Below are positions 31,816-42,714 of a DNA stretch of 64,000 bases, in pieces. A model generated the notes under the pieces. That model searched no databases and was not told where the DNA came from. It saw only the letters and a list, made by a program, of their open reading frames with translations. A program made the translations under genes and the position numbers. The stretch is from Methanothermococcus sp. Ax23 (lineage in GTDB: Archaea; AGJL01; Methanococci; Methanococcales; Methanococcaceae), in the NCBI RefSeq assembly GCF_049075655.1, contig NZ_CP157522.1, positions 512,001-576,000 of the forward strand, in the 5' to 3' direction. How positions within the stretch are numbered: the stretch's first letter is position 1; the number at the start of each line of letters is the position of its first letter.

Positions 31816-33708
31816 ATGGGTGATATATTGAGATACTTGGAGCTCTGCGACATTGAATATGCAAAAAGTATAGTTAAAGGAGTTATTGAATCCTATGAAA
31901 ATGAGGAAGTTAATCTATTTAACTCAATAAATAGGATTTTGACAGAGGATATAATTTCCAATGTTGATGTTCCACCATTTGATAGGTCAAAAATGGATGG
32001 ATATGCCGTAAAATCTGAGGATACCTATGATGCAGAAGAGGATAACCCAATAACATTAAAAATTGTGGATAGCGTAAAGGCCGGGGAATTTTCAGATGTT
32101 GAAATTAAAAATGGAGAGTGCATAGAAATAGCCACCGGAGCTCCTATTCCAAAAGGGGCAAATGCTGTTGTTATGGTGGAATATACTGAAAAAGAAAATG
32201 GTATGGTAAAAATATATAAACCTGTTTCGCCCCACGAAAATATTCAATACTGTGGTAGCGATATAATGGCAGGGGAGCTCATCTTAAGAAAAAATACTAT
32301 TCTTTCACCAAGGGATATAGGGGCATTATCTGCAATCGGAAGGGATAAAATAAAAGTTAAAAAGAAAATTAATATAGGATTAATATCAACAGGAAACGAA
32401 CTAATAAACCCTGATGAATCTCCAAAACCTTACAAAATTTATGATGTAAATACATACACCCTTGCATCTTCAATATTGGAAAAAGGGTGGAATTTTAAAT
32501 TCTATGGAATTGTTAAGGATAATAAAAAAGACTTAATGGAATCCATAAAAAATGCAATTGATGACGACAACGATATTGTAATATTAAGCGGTGGAACATC
32601 AGCAGGAGTTGGAGATTTAACTGCAAATGTAATAGAAGAACTTGGGGGACGTGTTCTTATCCATGGGATAAAGATAAAACCGGGAAAACCAACAATCATA
32701 GGAACCATAAAACATAAATCAACTTCTGGAAATAAAGAAAAACTAATTGTAGGTCTTCCAGGGTATCCAACATCATGCCTAACAATTTTTGATGTGCTCT
32801 TTAATGAAAAGGGAAAAACTATAACTGGCCATTTCCCAATTAGATATATGTCCGCAAAGGGAAGGACAGAATACTTACCTGTATCAATTATTAAAGGAAA
32901 TGAGGGATATGTGGTTTATCCAATTACAAAGGGGAGTGGTGCTATCACGTCCTTAACCTATGCGGATGGATATGTTGTTATAGATGAAAATAAAGAAATA
33001 CTGGAAGATGAAAATGTAGAGGTTCATTTATTTGGAAATATATTATTTGGGTTAAATATAATAGGTAGTCATTGTGTGGGCATAGATGAGATACTTAGAA
33101 AAGGAAACATTTTTGCAAAAACAATAAATGTTGGCTCTCTTGGTGGATTGATGGCCATTAAAAGAGGGGAAGCAGATATTGCAGGTATTCACTTACTTGC
33201 AGATAATGGGGAGTATAATATACCTTTTATCAAAAAGTATAGGGTTAAAAACGCCGTTCTTGTAAGGGGATATATTAGAAGGCAAGGTTTTATGTTTAAA
33301 AAGGAGCTCGGTATAAATACAATAGATGACATTGTGAAAAATATTAAAAAATACAAATTCATAAACAGGAACAAAGGAGCAGGGACGAGGATTCTATTTG
33401 ATAAATTTTTAAAGGAAAATAAGATTAATAAAAACGATATAAATGGCTACGAAATTGAGGCAAAAACTCACTCTGCTGTTGGTGCATCTGTTGCCATGGG
33501 GAAAGTGGATATTGGTGTGGGAATTGAAACAATAGCTGAAAAATATGAGCTCGGGTTTATACCCATTGGTGATGAATATTATGATTTTCTCATTAAGTCA
33601 GATAAATTAGAAGATGAGGATGTAATGAAGTTTATTGAAACCCTTAAAAAAGTCGAATTGCCATTTAAAAAACCTGAAAATTGTGGAGAGATTATATTTA
33701 AGTGCTAA
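31816..33708 (+). CDS. moeA: MoeA molybdopterin protein with C-terminal periplasmic-binding-type domain
   Basis: [30 protein letters not shown]; C-terminal GSH, NR..GAGTR. Confidence 0.93.
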   Translation: MGDILRYLELCDIEYAKSIVKGVIESYENEEVNLFNSINRILTEDIISNVDVPPFDRSKMDGYAVKSEDTYDAEEDNPITLKIVDSVKAGEFSDVEIKNGECIEIATGAPIPKGANAVVMVEYTEKENGMVKIYKPVSPHENIQYCGSDIMAGELILRKNTILSPRDIGALSAIGRDKIKVKKKINIGLISTGNELINPDESPKPYKIYDVNTYTLASSILEKGWNFKFYGIVKDNKKDLMESIKNAIDDDNDIVILSGGTSAGVGDLTANVIEELGGRVLIHGIKIKPGKPTIIGTIKHKSTSGNKEKLIVGLPGYPTSCLTIFDVLFNEKGKTITGHFPIRYMSAKGRTEYLPVSIIKGNEGYVVYPITKGSGAITSLTYADGYVVIDENKEILEDENVEVHLFGNILFGLNIIGSHCVGIDEILRKGNIFAKTINVGSLGGLMAIKRGEADIAGIHLLADNGEYNIPFIKKYRVKNAVLVRGYIRRQGFMFKKELGINTIDDIVKNIKKYKFINRNKGAGTRILFDKFLKENKINKNDINGYEIEAKTHSAVGASVAMGKVDIGVGIETIAEKYELGFIPIGDEYYDFLIKSDKLEDEDVMKFIETLKKVELPFKKPENCGEIIFKC

Positions 33709-33832
33709 TATTGCATACCTGCCCAATATTTGTAATATATCAATGAAATAATGAAGATAAATGGAAATATTTATATGCTGGAAAATATAAAACAAAATTT
33801 AAGATTATATATAACAATGTTGGTGGTATGTT

Positions 33833-34438
33833 GTGGAAGAAACCGGCAAAAATACTGAACTAATAGAAAGATTAGCAAAAGAATTACATAACATTTGGAT
33901 TGAAAAATTAAAACACATCTTGGCAGGGGATGAACCACTTGATGATGAAATAGTTAAAAAATTGGAAAATCACATAACAACATGGGATGACCTTGATGAA
34001 GAATCAAAAGAAAAAAATAGATTGGAAGCTTCAAATTTATTAAAAATAGTAGGGGATAATGAATATAAAAAAATATTTGTATATGGGACATTAAGACGAG
34101 GATGCGGCAATTATTACGCATTTTTGGATAGGTCAGACGTTAAGTTTTGCGGCGTGGAAAAAAAACATGGATATGCATTATATAGTAATAATATAGTGGC
34201 ATACATGGTTAAAACCGGCAACAAAGAAGATTACGTCGTTGGTGAAGTGTATCTAGTTCCCGATAAAATCTACAAAAAAATTAGCCAGATGAACACAGGT
34301 GCAAATTACAAAGAAGTCTATGAAGATGGAGAAATTTTTTGGACCTATGAAAAACCACTTCCAAACGCTGTAAAAATTGAAAGTGGAGATTACCTCAAAT
34401 ACAATAAGCAGTTTCTGGAATACAATATATTAAGTTAA
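33833..34438 (+). CDS. RyR-like domain fused to gamma-glutamylcyclotransferase-fold domain
   Basis: LAKELHNIW...WDDLDEESKEKNR then FVYGTLRRG..N, VVGEVY, IESGDY. Confidence 0.7.
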   Translation: MEETGKNTELIERLAKELHNIWIEKLKHILAGDEPLDDEIVKKLENHITTWDDLDEESKEKNRLEASNLLKIVGDNEYKKIFVYGTLRRGCGNYYAFLDRSDVKFCGVEKKHGYALYSNNIVAYMVKTGNKEDYVVGEVYLVPDKIYKKISQMNTGANYKEVYEDGEIFWTYEKPLPNAVKIESGDYLKYNKQFLEYNILS

Positions 34439-34439
34439 A

Positions 34440-35027
34440 TTATAACCTTAAAATATCTTTTAAATCCATTCCTCTCATTATCTTGTTTCTTATATCTGAC
34501 TCTTTCTTTTTTATACTCTTTACATTTTCAATTATTTCATTTATTTTACATCTTTCAATTACTGCAACACCGTTGCAATCTCCAACAATAATATCTCCCG
34601 GATTTATGAGCTCCCCTCCACACACAATGGGGACATTAATTTCTCCCATATCCAGCGGTTTTCCAGCATTTGGAACATTGTATTTTGAAAATACTGGAAA
34701 TTTTAAGTTATTTATCTCTTCAACATCCCTTACACTTCCATCAATTACAACAGCTATTACTCCTTTTAGCTTTGCATTCAAAGTGGCTAATCCGCCCCAT
34801 ATGGCAGTTTTTTCCCCTTCTGCATCAATCACTATTATTTTATTTCTTCCATAGCTTATTGCCTTCACAGCGGTTCCCCAGTCATTTGAAGTGGTTTTTA
34901 CAGTAATTGCCTCTCCAAAAATAATTCTTTGATTTTGATTTATCGGTTTAATGTCCTTTAACACCTTTGCACCAGCATCATATAGGTTTGGGACCGACAC
35001 TTCTTTTAAAAATCTCATAAGCATCAT
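34440..35027 (-). CDS. RraA/HMG-aldolase family protein
   Basis: AIWGGL, IDGSVRD, PGDIIVGDCNGV. Confidence 0.88.
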   Translation of the reverse strand: MMLMRFLKEVSVPNLYDAGAKVLKDIKPINQNQRIIFGEAITVKTTSNDWGTAVKAISYGRNKIIVIDAEGEKTAIWGGLATLNAKLKGVIAVVIDGSVRDVEEINNLKFPVFSKYNVPNAGKPLDMGEINVPIVCGGELINPGDIIVGDCNGVAVIERCKINEIIENVKSIKKKESDIRNKIMRGMDLKDILRL

Positions 35028-35085
35028 TTGCAGTTTTTATTAAAAAAATAATTATAATAGTTTTTATATGTGTTATAATTACAAT

Positions 35086-36159
35086 TTATTTATTTTTTCT
35101 TTTTTTCTTCAATTCCACAAGTTTTTTAACTGCATCCATATTTACATCTTCCTCAACTTCGATATATCCATTATCATATGCTCTTTCAATGAATCCATTT
35201 CCCCATTTGTTTCTTACTAAAACTGTTGAGTACCCCTCAGGAGTTCCCACATTTCCTACGGATATATCGGATGTAATACCTGTGAAATCACCGCATACTT
35301 TGCATCCCTCTCTCATGGCATACTCCACATCTTTCAATTTAAATTCAATGGAGTTTCCATTCATAAGTTTAATTATTAATTTACCTTTCTCTATATCCAT
35401 TTTTTGAACTTCCCATGGATTTATATTGTTTTCTTCCAATATTGTCATCATTTTATCATAATCGTAAGTTTCAAAACAGAAAAGACCTATTTTTAACCTT
35501 ATAGCATCTTTAAATGGCTTTAAAAGGTCATTGTCTGATGCCATTATCTGATAAACTGCATTCATTACACATGGAGTTCCAACAACTGCTATTCTCTTTA
35601 ATTTTTTAACCATTACTGCCTCTTTAAGAGCTCTGAGTATTGGAACATTCCAGTTATATCTGCTTCCTGATGATTTTAGAACTTCCTCTTTTGATGTAGC
35701 CAAATAGGACTCTGGTTCCATTGTCCATTTATCCTCCATCATTACAAGAGCTCCGTCAATAAGACCTTCGTCAAAGGCATTTGCTAAAATTGCGGTTACC
35801 ACTCCACCGTTCTGGGAGCCTTTTATTTCAATTTTTGACTTTGCCTTTAATTTTTTCAATGTTTTACCAATTCCCTTTTCAATTGAAGGAATAAGAGGTT
35901 TTTCTGTTCTCGGACAGGCATCATAACAGGCTCCGCAGGGAACATCGTAAAGGGTAACTTTACAGAACTCAGCAGAAACAGGATATTCTATTTCTTCCAC
36001 AGGTGCTATGATGCAGGCACATTCATCACATACAAATTTTACAGGGCTATCCTCTTTAAAGTATATATTATCCACGGGACAAACTGCAACACATGCACCA
36101 CATCCAGAACATATATTCTTATCCCATACTTCCTCTTTTAAATTTAGATATGATTTCAT
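35086..36159 (-). CDS. FrhB-like F420-binding subunit in glutamate synthase operon
   Basis: N-terminal ferredoxin motif, QNGGVVT, VGTPC, GLFC, CKVC.DF...SDISVG. Confidence 0.85.
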   Translation of the reverse strand: MKSYLNLKEEVWDKNICSGCGACVAVCPVDNIYFKEDSPVKFVCDECACIIAPVEEIEYPVSAEFCKVTLYDVPCGACYDACPRTEKPLIPSIEKGIGKTLKKLKAKSKIEIKGSQNGGVVTAILANAFDEGLIDGALVMMEDKWTMEPESYLATSKEEVLKSSGSRYNWNVPILRALKEAVMVKKLKRIAVVGTPCVMNAVYQIMASDNDLLKPFKDAIRLKIGLFCFETYDYDKMMTILEENNINPWEVQKMDIEKGKLIIKLMNGNSIEFKLKDVEYAMREGCKVCGDFTGITSDISVGNVGTPEGYSTVLVRNKWGNGFIERAYDNGYIEVEEDVNMDAVKKLVELKKKRKNK

Positions 36160-36277
36160 GATTCCACCGTTTTTTATTTCTTATTTCATATTTCTTACGT
36201 CCTTCTTGTTATTCCTTTCGCCTATTTTATTTTTATTTTTACTTTTACTTTTTTCTATTTTCGCCATATTTCTCTTT

Positions 36278-37069
36278 TTATCTCAAATCAGGAGTGTATA
36301 GTTTTCCAAATGGTCTTTTTGATATTGGAGCTATTTTAGTATATTCTGAATTTATCAATTTATTTTTTAATTCATCACTTAAACCAAATTCTTTGCAGAA
36401 TTCCTCTATATATGGAGTAATTCTTTTCCTGTCCTCTTCTGTAAATTCTTTAATATCAGCAGCCACTCCAAGCTGTGATTCATCGACTTTTCCCCTAATA
36501 TATATGCTCCCGCCGTGAATACCTGTTCCAATCATTTTTCCGCCAATTTTACCCAAATCATTTCCTTCATTGTCAATATTTAATACAACTATAACTCCTC
36601 CTGCCATATACTCTCCTAAAAAGTCCTTAGCAGTTCCTCCAATAACCAATACAGGGAATTTATCCTTATATTCTTTCATGTGAATACCGCTTCTATATCC
36701 TACGTCATCTCTTACAAATACCTTCCCTCCTCTCATTGAATGCCCTGTCACATCTCCTCCACTTCCATGGACAACAATTTTACCATCATCCATGGTGTTT
36801 CCAGGTGCATGGTCGGTATTTCCATGAACTATAATTATAGGACCGTTCATGAACATTCCAAGGTCTCCACCGGGAACTCCATATATTTCAATAACTAAAT
36901 CCTTTTTTTGAATTCCATTTCCTATAAATCTTTGACCTAAGACATTTTTTAAAATAATTTTTTTTACATTAGGGTTTTCATTTAGTATTTCATGGATTTT
37001 TTCGTTTAATTCCCTATATTCAAGGTCTTTTGCATCTAATACCACTTCCATATTTTCGACCTTTTCCAT
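36278..37069 (-). CDS. glutamate synthase GXGXG beta-helix subunit
   Basis: GQRFIG, repeated G..M.GG, GEYMAGG. Confidence 0.88.
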   Translation of the reverse strand: MEKVENMEVVLDAKDLEYRELNEKIHEILNENPNVKKIILKNVLGQRFIGNGIQKKDLVIEIYGVPGGDLGMFMNGPIIIVHGNTDHAPGNTMDDGKIVVHGSGGDVTGHSMRGGKVFVRDDVGYRSGIHMKEYKDKFPVLVIGGTAKDFLGEYMAGGVIVVLNIDNEGNDLGKIGGKMIGTGIHGGSIYIRGKVDESQLGVAADIKEFTEEDRKRITPYIEEFCKEFGLSDELKNKLINSEYTKIAPISKRPFGKLYTPDLR

Positions 37070-37129
37070 TTTTTCACCTTTATAACTCTAAACTAAACTA
37101 AATATAAAATCTAAATGATAATATACATT

Positions 37130-38662
37130 TTACAATCCTGCATGTTTAATTCCTAATGCTTTTAACTCCACTTCGCTTAATCCTATTCCTCTCAATCTAT
37201 CTCTGTTTCCTCTCAAACTTTCAATGGAGTTAATTCCTGCGGCACCAAGCAATTCCTTAATTTCAAGAGTCCATGCTTTTATAAGGTTTGCAACTCTTTC
37301 AGCACCTTCTTCAACATCTAATCTATTTACGAGCTCAGGTTTTTGAGTTGCTATACCCCAAGCACACTGTCCTGTATAGCATCTACCACATACTCTACAT
37401 CCCATTGCCACCATTACTGCTGTTCCAACATAAACGGCGTCTGCACCAAGTGCTATTGATTTAAATACATCGGCGGAGTTTCTAATTCCTCCACTTGCTA
37501 TAATACTTATTTCGTTTCTTACACCTTCTTCTCTTAATCTCTCATCAACTGCTGCAATAGCCATTTCAATAGGTATTCCTACATTATCCCTAAATACCTT
37601 AGGAGCAGCTCCGGTTCCTCCTTTGAATCCATCGATTACAACTGCATCGGCATCGGATGTTGCTATACCATTTGCAATAGCTGCAACATTATGGACCGCA
37701 GCAATCTTAACAAATATTGGAACCTTCCATCTTGTAGCTTCTTTTAAACTTCTTACAAGCTGTGCTAAATCTTCAATTGAGTAAATATCATGGTGCGGAG
37801 CTGGGGAAATAGCATCACTACCTTCTGGAATCATCCTTGTCATTGAAACCTCAGCAGATACTTTTTCTCCTGGAAGGTGTCCTCCAATTCCAGGTTTTGC
37901 TCCCTGACCAATTTTTATCTCAATTGCTGCCCCTTTTGAAAGATACTCTTCATTAACTCCAAATCTACCACTTGCTATCTGTGTAATGATATTGTCTGCA
38001 TAAGGATAAAGGGTTCTATGTAATCCACCTTCTCCTGTTCCCATGAATGTTCCACATTCTTTAACTGCCCTTGCCATTGCCTGATGGGCATTTAATGATA
38101 GAGCTCCGTATGACATGTGAGCTATCATAATTGGTGTTTCCAACTTTAAGTTTGGAGCAACTTTGGTTTTTAATTTTGCTTTTTTAATTTTTTTGCCGTC
38201 AATTTCTTCTTCAACAAAATCGAATTCTAATTTTTTAGGTTTCTTACCTATGTATGTCCTTAACTCCATAGGTTCTCTTAATGGGTCGATGGATGGATTT
38301 GTAACCTGGCAAGCATCTAAAACGATTTTATCGTAGTAAATAGGATATTCTTTTGCATTTGCCATACCACTTAATAATATACAGCCTGTTCTGGACTGGT
38401 TTATTATATCTTCCCTTGCTTCCTTTGTCCATAATGGGTGTTCTCTCCAACATATTGGGTTTTCATGAATTGTTATTGCATCCCTAGGACACATTGAGAC
38501 ACATCTTTGACATGCACCGCATCTATTTGAGTATGTTATAATTCTGTCTCTTTCTCTTCTATAAACGCCCCATGAACATTCTTTTACACATCTTTCGCAC
38601 AACATACATCTATCGGGATTAACTTCAACTCTGTATTTTGGTGGAACTGTTGAAGGTATCAT
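37130..38662 (-). CDS. archaeal glutamate synthase FMN-binding subunit
   Basis: MSYGALS, TGEGG, QIASGRFGV, KIGQGAKPG, C..C..C, GIATQ. Confidence 0.95.
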   Translation of the reverse strand: MIPSTVPPKYRVEVNPDRCMLCERCVKECSWGVYRRERDRIITYSNRCGACQRCVSMCPRDAITIHENPICWREHPLWTKEAREDIINQSRTGCILLSGMANAKEYPIYYDKIVLDACQVTNPSIDPLREPMELRTYIGKKPKKLEFDFVEEEIDGKKIKKAKLKTKVAPNLKLETPIMIAHMSYGALSLNAHQAMARAVKECGTFMGTGEGGLHRTLYPYADNIITQIASGRFGVNEEYLSKGAAIEIKIGQGAKPGIGGHLPGEKVSAEVSMTRMIPEGSDAISPAPHHDIYSIEDLAQLVRSLKEATRWKVPIFVKIAAVHNVAAIANGIATSDADAVVIDGFKGGTGAAPKVFRDNVGIPIEMAIAAVDERLREEGVRNEISIIASGGIRNSADVFKSIALGADAVYVGTAVMVAMGCRVCGRCYTGQCAWGIATQKPELVNRLDVEEGAERVANLIKAWTLEIKELLGAAGINSIESLRGNRDRLRGIGLSEVELKALGIKHAGL

Positions 38663-38700
38663 GATTTCACTCCTTTTTTATTTTTATTCGTTATCTTATA

Positions 38701-38840
38701 GAGCTCACAAGTGAGCGTAGAATATAAAATTGCTTCGCAATTTTAATTTCGGAGCGAAGCGGAGAGTTATAAAAATCACTTCGTGATTTTTATTTAATCG
38801 AAATCAGAGATTTCGATGCTAAAACTCCAAGAGTTTTCCG
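38701..38840. repeat. array of five short palindromic hairpins
   Basis: gctcac-aa-gtgagc; taaaattgc-ttc-gcaatttta; ataaaaatcac-ttc-gtgatttttat; atcgaaatc-aga-gatttcgat; aaaactc-caa-gagtttt. Confidence 0.9.
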
Positions 38841-38913
38841 AATATCCAATACCAAATATCCAATTTTTAACCATTAATAAAAAATAATTTAATTTTAATT
38901 TAATTAATTTTAT

Positions 38914-39999
38914 TTATTTTTCAACCCTTGCTATTACCGGCATTCCTGCATCAGGCATCCATACTTTATCCAATTCAGGACATATTTTTCTTATGGCTGC
39001 CTCTTCACTAGATACAAATGTTAAATCGTCTTTTTCAGCAGCAATAAGTGGTCTAAGTTTTATCCTATCTGTTAAGCCCACCATGGCATTTTCCTTTTCA
39101 ACATCTCCATTCATGAACATCATTCCTTCATGGGTACCCACGATTATTCCAAATGGACCGTTTAATGTTGCACCGCCGTATGTCATCCTAATTGCTTCAT
39201 GGATTTTTCTTTCCTCTTCTGGCATGTTGTCTATTTCTTTCCAGAATCTTGGAGCTACGGCACTCAATGCATACTCAACAGGTAGTTTGTGTTTTCTTAT
39301 CAATAAATCAAATATATATGCTACAACCTCTGTATCTGTTAGCATTCTGCATTTGTATCCAAAACTTTCAACATATCTTTTATTTGTTCCATAGCTTGTA
39401 ATTTCTCCATTATGAACAACTGACCAATTCAATAGGTTAAATGGGTGAGCTCCTCCCCACCATCCTCTTGTGTTTGTTGGGTATCTCGCATGCGATAACC
39501 ACATATATCCTTTATATTCATCTAATTTGTAAAATTCTGCTACTTCCATTGGCCATCCTGATGCCTTAAATACCCCTAAGTTCTTACCGCTTGAAAATAC
39601 AAATGCCCCGTCTATTTTATCGTTAATTTCCATAACAATTTTTACCATTGTGTCTTCTTCAACATCCTTGTATTTTTCATCAAAATCATAGAAGAATCTC
39701 CATGGTATATGTTCTTTTTCTAAGATTCCTTCTTTTGTTGGAATCTCCTCGTCTTTAAGCACGTATCCATATTTTTCCAGTGTGTTTTTTACTTTTTCTC
39801 TTATTCTGTCGTAATCTGGTGCGTTATCCAAAAAAACATGTATAGCATAGCTGTCTTTGAACTTTGGATATATTCCATATCCTACATAGCCTGAACCTTG
39901 TCCATTTCCTCTTTCTTTTAGGCTGTCCAGTGCTATGGCTATCTTATCTCCACTTATTAATCTTTTTTTTCTGCTCATAAAACCGATAATTCCGCACAT
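38914..39999 (-). CDS. glutamate synthase Ntn amidotransferase subunit
   Basis: MCGIIG start after GGAGG, HARYPTN, HNGEI, TDTE, DR..LRP. Confidence 0.93.
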   Translation of the reverse strand: MCGIIGFMSRKKRLISGDKIAIALDSLKERGNGQGSGYVGYGIYPKFKDSYAIHVFLDNAPDYDRIREKVKNTLEKYGYVLKDEEIPTKEGILEKEHIPWRFFYDFDEKYKDVEEDTMVKIVMEINDKIDGAFVFSSGKNLGVFKASGWPMEVAEFYKLDEYKGYMWLSHARYPTNTRGWWGGAHPFNLLNWSVVHNGEITSYGTNKRYVESFGYKCRMLTDTEVVAYIFDLLIRKHKLPVEYALSAVAPRFWKEIDNMPEEERKIHEAIRMTYGGATLNGPFGIIVGTHEGMMFMNGDVEKENAMVGLTDRIKLRPLIAAEKDDLTFVSSEEAAIRKICPELDKVWMPDAGMPVIARVEK

Positions 40000-40162
40000 G
40001 GTAATCCTCCATTTGTGAGTTATACTAATATAAAAAAAGTCATTTATATAGCTTATCAAATAATCATATTAAAAAATTTTAAAAATTTGAATAGATATAT
40101 GATGTTATCATTTTTATATATTTTACCGTTATCAGTATATATTACTAACACATAATGAACAA

Positions 40163-40780
40163 TTACTCTCCCAATTCAACAGTTCCTACTCTGAATAAAG
40201 CTTTTATTGGAATACCCTCTATTTCTTTTATTCCACTTTTATCTATTATTACAACAGCTTTTTTTGGATTCCCTATATTTTTTAAATATTTTATAGTTTC
40301 TTTCATAGTATTTCCCGATGTCATTACATCATCCACAATTACAACATCTTTACCTTCAATACTTGGATAATTATGTCCTATAAATCCTGTGCTATTATCT
40401 TTACTGTGAAGATGCTTTTTAGGAATATATATTGAGAAATTTTTATCCATTTCTTCAGATATCAACGTTGCCAATGGAACCCCTCCTGTGGAAATGCCCA
40501 CAATTGCATCAAATTCCACATCTTTCAACATATCGCACATTATTAACGCTATATTTTTTAATCTTTTTGATGAAATCTTAATATTGTCCCATTCTACGAA
40601 TATATCTATGTTTTTACCTTTTTCTTCAATCTGCTTTTCCGGTTCTTTTAAAAGTTTTTCACCATTTAACACCAAATAAAGTGCAGTATCTACGGATATA
40701 TTCAATTCTTCTGCAATATCTGCGGTTGTAAATCCTACATCCCTCAATTTAAGTGCCTTTATTATGAGGTCTTTTTTCAT
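40163..40780 (-). CDS. HTH plus PRTase (PyrE-like/GfcR-type) protein
   Basis: [17 protein letters not shown]; [11 protein letters not shown]. Confidence 0.85.
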   Translation of the reverse strand: MKKDLIIKALKLRDVGFTTADIAEELNISVDTALYLVLNGEKLLKEPEKQIEEKGKNIDIFVEWDNIKISSKRLKNIALIMCDMLKDVEFDAIVGISTGGVPLATLISEEMDKNFSIYIPKKHLHSKDNSTGFIGHNYPSIEGKDVVIVDDVMTSGNTMKETIKYLKNIGNPKKAVVIIDKSGIKEIEGIPIKALFRVGTVELGE

Positions 40781-40932
40781 AACATCACCAATAATTCTTT
40801 TAATCCTATATACATTATATGTTATTATTTATTTAATTTTGTATTATTTCATCATATTCAATATATTCAATATTAAATTATTATTTTTAATTCATTTACC
40901 GAAAGTTTTATATATTGACTACTATCTATATA

Positions 40933-40966
40933 TTCAAAACATTCAAAAAATTTTGAACAAAATGAA
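40933..40966. promoter_or_regulatory. symmetric operator downstream of TATA box
   Basis: TTCA-N5-TTCA-N8-TGAA-N5-TGAA after ACCGAAAGTTTTATATA. Confidence 0.65.
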
Positions 40967-40999
40967 CAATATATATTACCATATAGATGCGGTGAGCTC

Positions 41000-41464
41000 A
41001 TGGATGAAGTAAAAAAAACGATAATAGAGTTATTTTCTGAAATTGCAAAAATTCACGGGCTAAGTAAATCAGTTGGAGAGGTTTATGCAGTGGTATTCCT
41101 ATCAGATAAACCGCTCTGCATAGCTGATATAATGGAAGAACTGGGAATGAGTAAGGGAAATGTAAGTATGAATCTGAACAAGCTTGAAAAAATTGGGTTT
41201 ATCAAAAAGGTGTGGATTAAAGGGGAAAGAAAAAACTATTACGAATCAGTAGATGGATTTTCTTCCTTCAAAGATATAGCAAAGAAGAAATATGACGTCA
41301 TATCAAAAGCCTGCGATAAATTGGAAGAATTAAAAGAAAAATCTGATGAGAATGAAAGAGAGCTCATATCTAAAAAACTCAAACACATCAAAAAAATGAG
41401 GGATGTACCAAAGAAAATATTGGAAGTGCTTGAAAATATTGATAGCGACGATAACAATGATTAA
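41000..41464 (+). CDS. GbsR/MarR-type transcriptional regulator
   Basis: [30 protein letters not shown]. Confidence 0.88.
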   Translation: MDEVKKTIIELFSEIAKIHGLSKSVGEVYAVVFLSDKPLCIADIMEELGMSKGNVSMNLNKLEKIGFIKKVWIKGERKNYYESVDGFSSFKDIAKKKYDVISKACDKLEELKEKSDENERELISKKLKHIKKMRDVPKKILEVLENIDSDDNND

Positions 41465-41488
41465 TTATAAGATTTTTGGTGGTAATGC

Positions 41489-42637
41489 ATGATTGAAAAG
41501 ATTTTAGGAAGAATTGCCCGCTTTTCAGAAAAGAAGCCGTTTTTAATGGTGGCAATTATTATAACACTTACAATATTTGCGGGACTGGAGGCAACAAATG
41601 TAAAATCCCAAACAGCCTTTGAAAAAATGCTTCCTCAGGACGACCCCATCATAAAAACGCTGTATGAGGTAAGGGACAATTTTGGAGGGACTGATATAAT
41701 TACAATTTGTATAAAATTGAAACCCTCCGATAGTCCAGATAAAGTGAATGACATACGAGACCCTCGAGTTCTGAGTTATGTAAAATTTTTAGAAGAGGAT
41801 TTAAATGGAATTGATGGAATTACAAAGATAAATTCGCCTGCGGATGTAATATTTCAAAAAAATGATGGAAAGGTTCCTAATGATATAGATACTGTAAAAG
41901 AAATATGTGAATCACTTACCGATGAAGAAAAAAGCAGGATTTTCAATTCCGAATATTCCATGGTAATTATTAATGCATATACAGATACAGGAGGAGACCA
42001 GAAAAAGCTTCTTAGATTAATGGATGATGTAAATGAAAGAATTAAGGATTCGCCAACACCTCCTGGGGTAGAAGTAGTATGCACAGGAACCCCCCCTATG
42101 AGAGACTTATTGAACACCCTCATGAAGGAAAGTCAGGTATTTACAACAACGGTTGGTGGAATTGGAATATTGTTTATATTATATCTGTATTTCAGAAAAC
42201 CTTTATCCACAGTTATGCCTCTAATTCCCGTATTGGTTGCAGTTGTATGGACTGGTGGAGCTATGGGAGTACTTGGAATTCCTGTGGATATGGCAACAGC
42301 AGGTATGGGTTCTTTACTTCTTGGTATGGGGATAGACTATGGAATTCACCTAATGCACCGGTATGAGGAAGAGAGGAAAAAGAAAATACCCAGTGATAAA
42401 GCAGTAGAAACCGCAGTTGTGAGCACAGGAACAGCAGTAATCGTCACAACAGCTACAACAGTAGTTGGTTTTCTTGCACTTGTGTTTGCCCCACTTCCTA
42501 TGATGGCTAACTTAGGTAAAGTATGTGCATTGGGTATCTTCTTCTGTATGGTTTCTGTGATTACATTACTTCCAGCAATGCTCATAATTGAAGAGAGATA
42601 TATTTTGCCATTAATTGGGAAGAATAGGGAAAAATAG
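41489..42637 (+). CDS. RND/MMPL-family exporter (half-size)
   Basis: FGGTD, TGTP, GMGIDYGIH..RY.EE. Confidence 0.88.
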   Translation: MIEKILGRIARFSEKKPFLMVAIIITLTIFAGLEATNVKSQTAFEKMLPQDDPIIKTLYEVRDNFGGTDIITICIKLKPSDSPDKVNDIRDPRVLSYVKFLEEDLNGIDGITKINSPADVIFQKNDGKVPNDIDTVKEICESLTDEEKSRIFNSEYSMVIINAYTDTGGDQKKLLRLMDDVNERIKDSPTPPGVEVVCTGTPPMRDLLNTLMKESQVFTTTVGGIGILFILYLYFRKPLSTVMPLIPVLVAVVWTGGAMGVLGIPVDMATAGMGSLLLGMGIDYGIHLMHRYEEERKKKIPSDKAVETAVVSTGTAVIVTTATTVVGFLALVFAPLPMMANLGKVCALGIFFCMVSVITLLPAMLIIEERYILPLIGKNREK

Positions 42638-42714
42638 TGAAAAAAGATAAATTAAAAGAGATATGGAGAAATAAAAAAATAAAAAATAGAAAAAATTAAA
42701 AATAAGGTGATATT

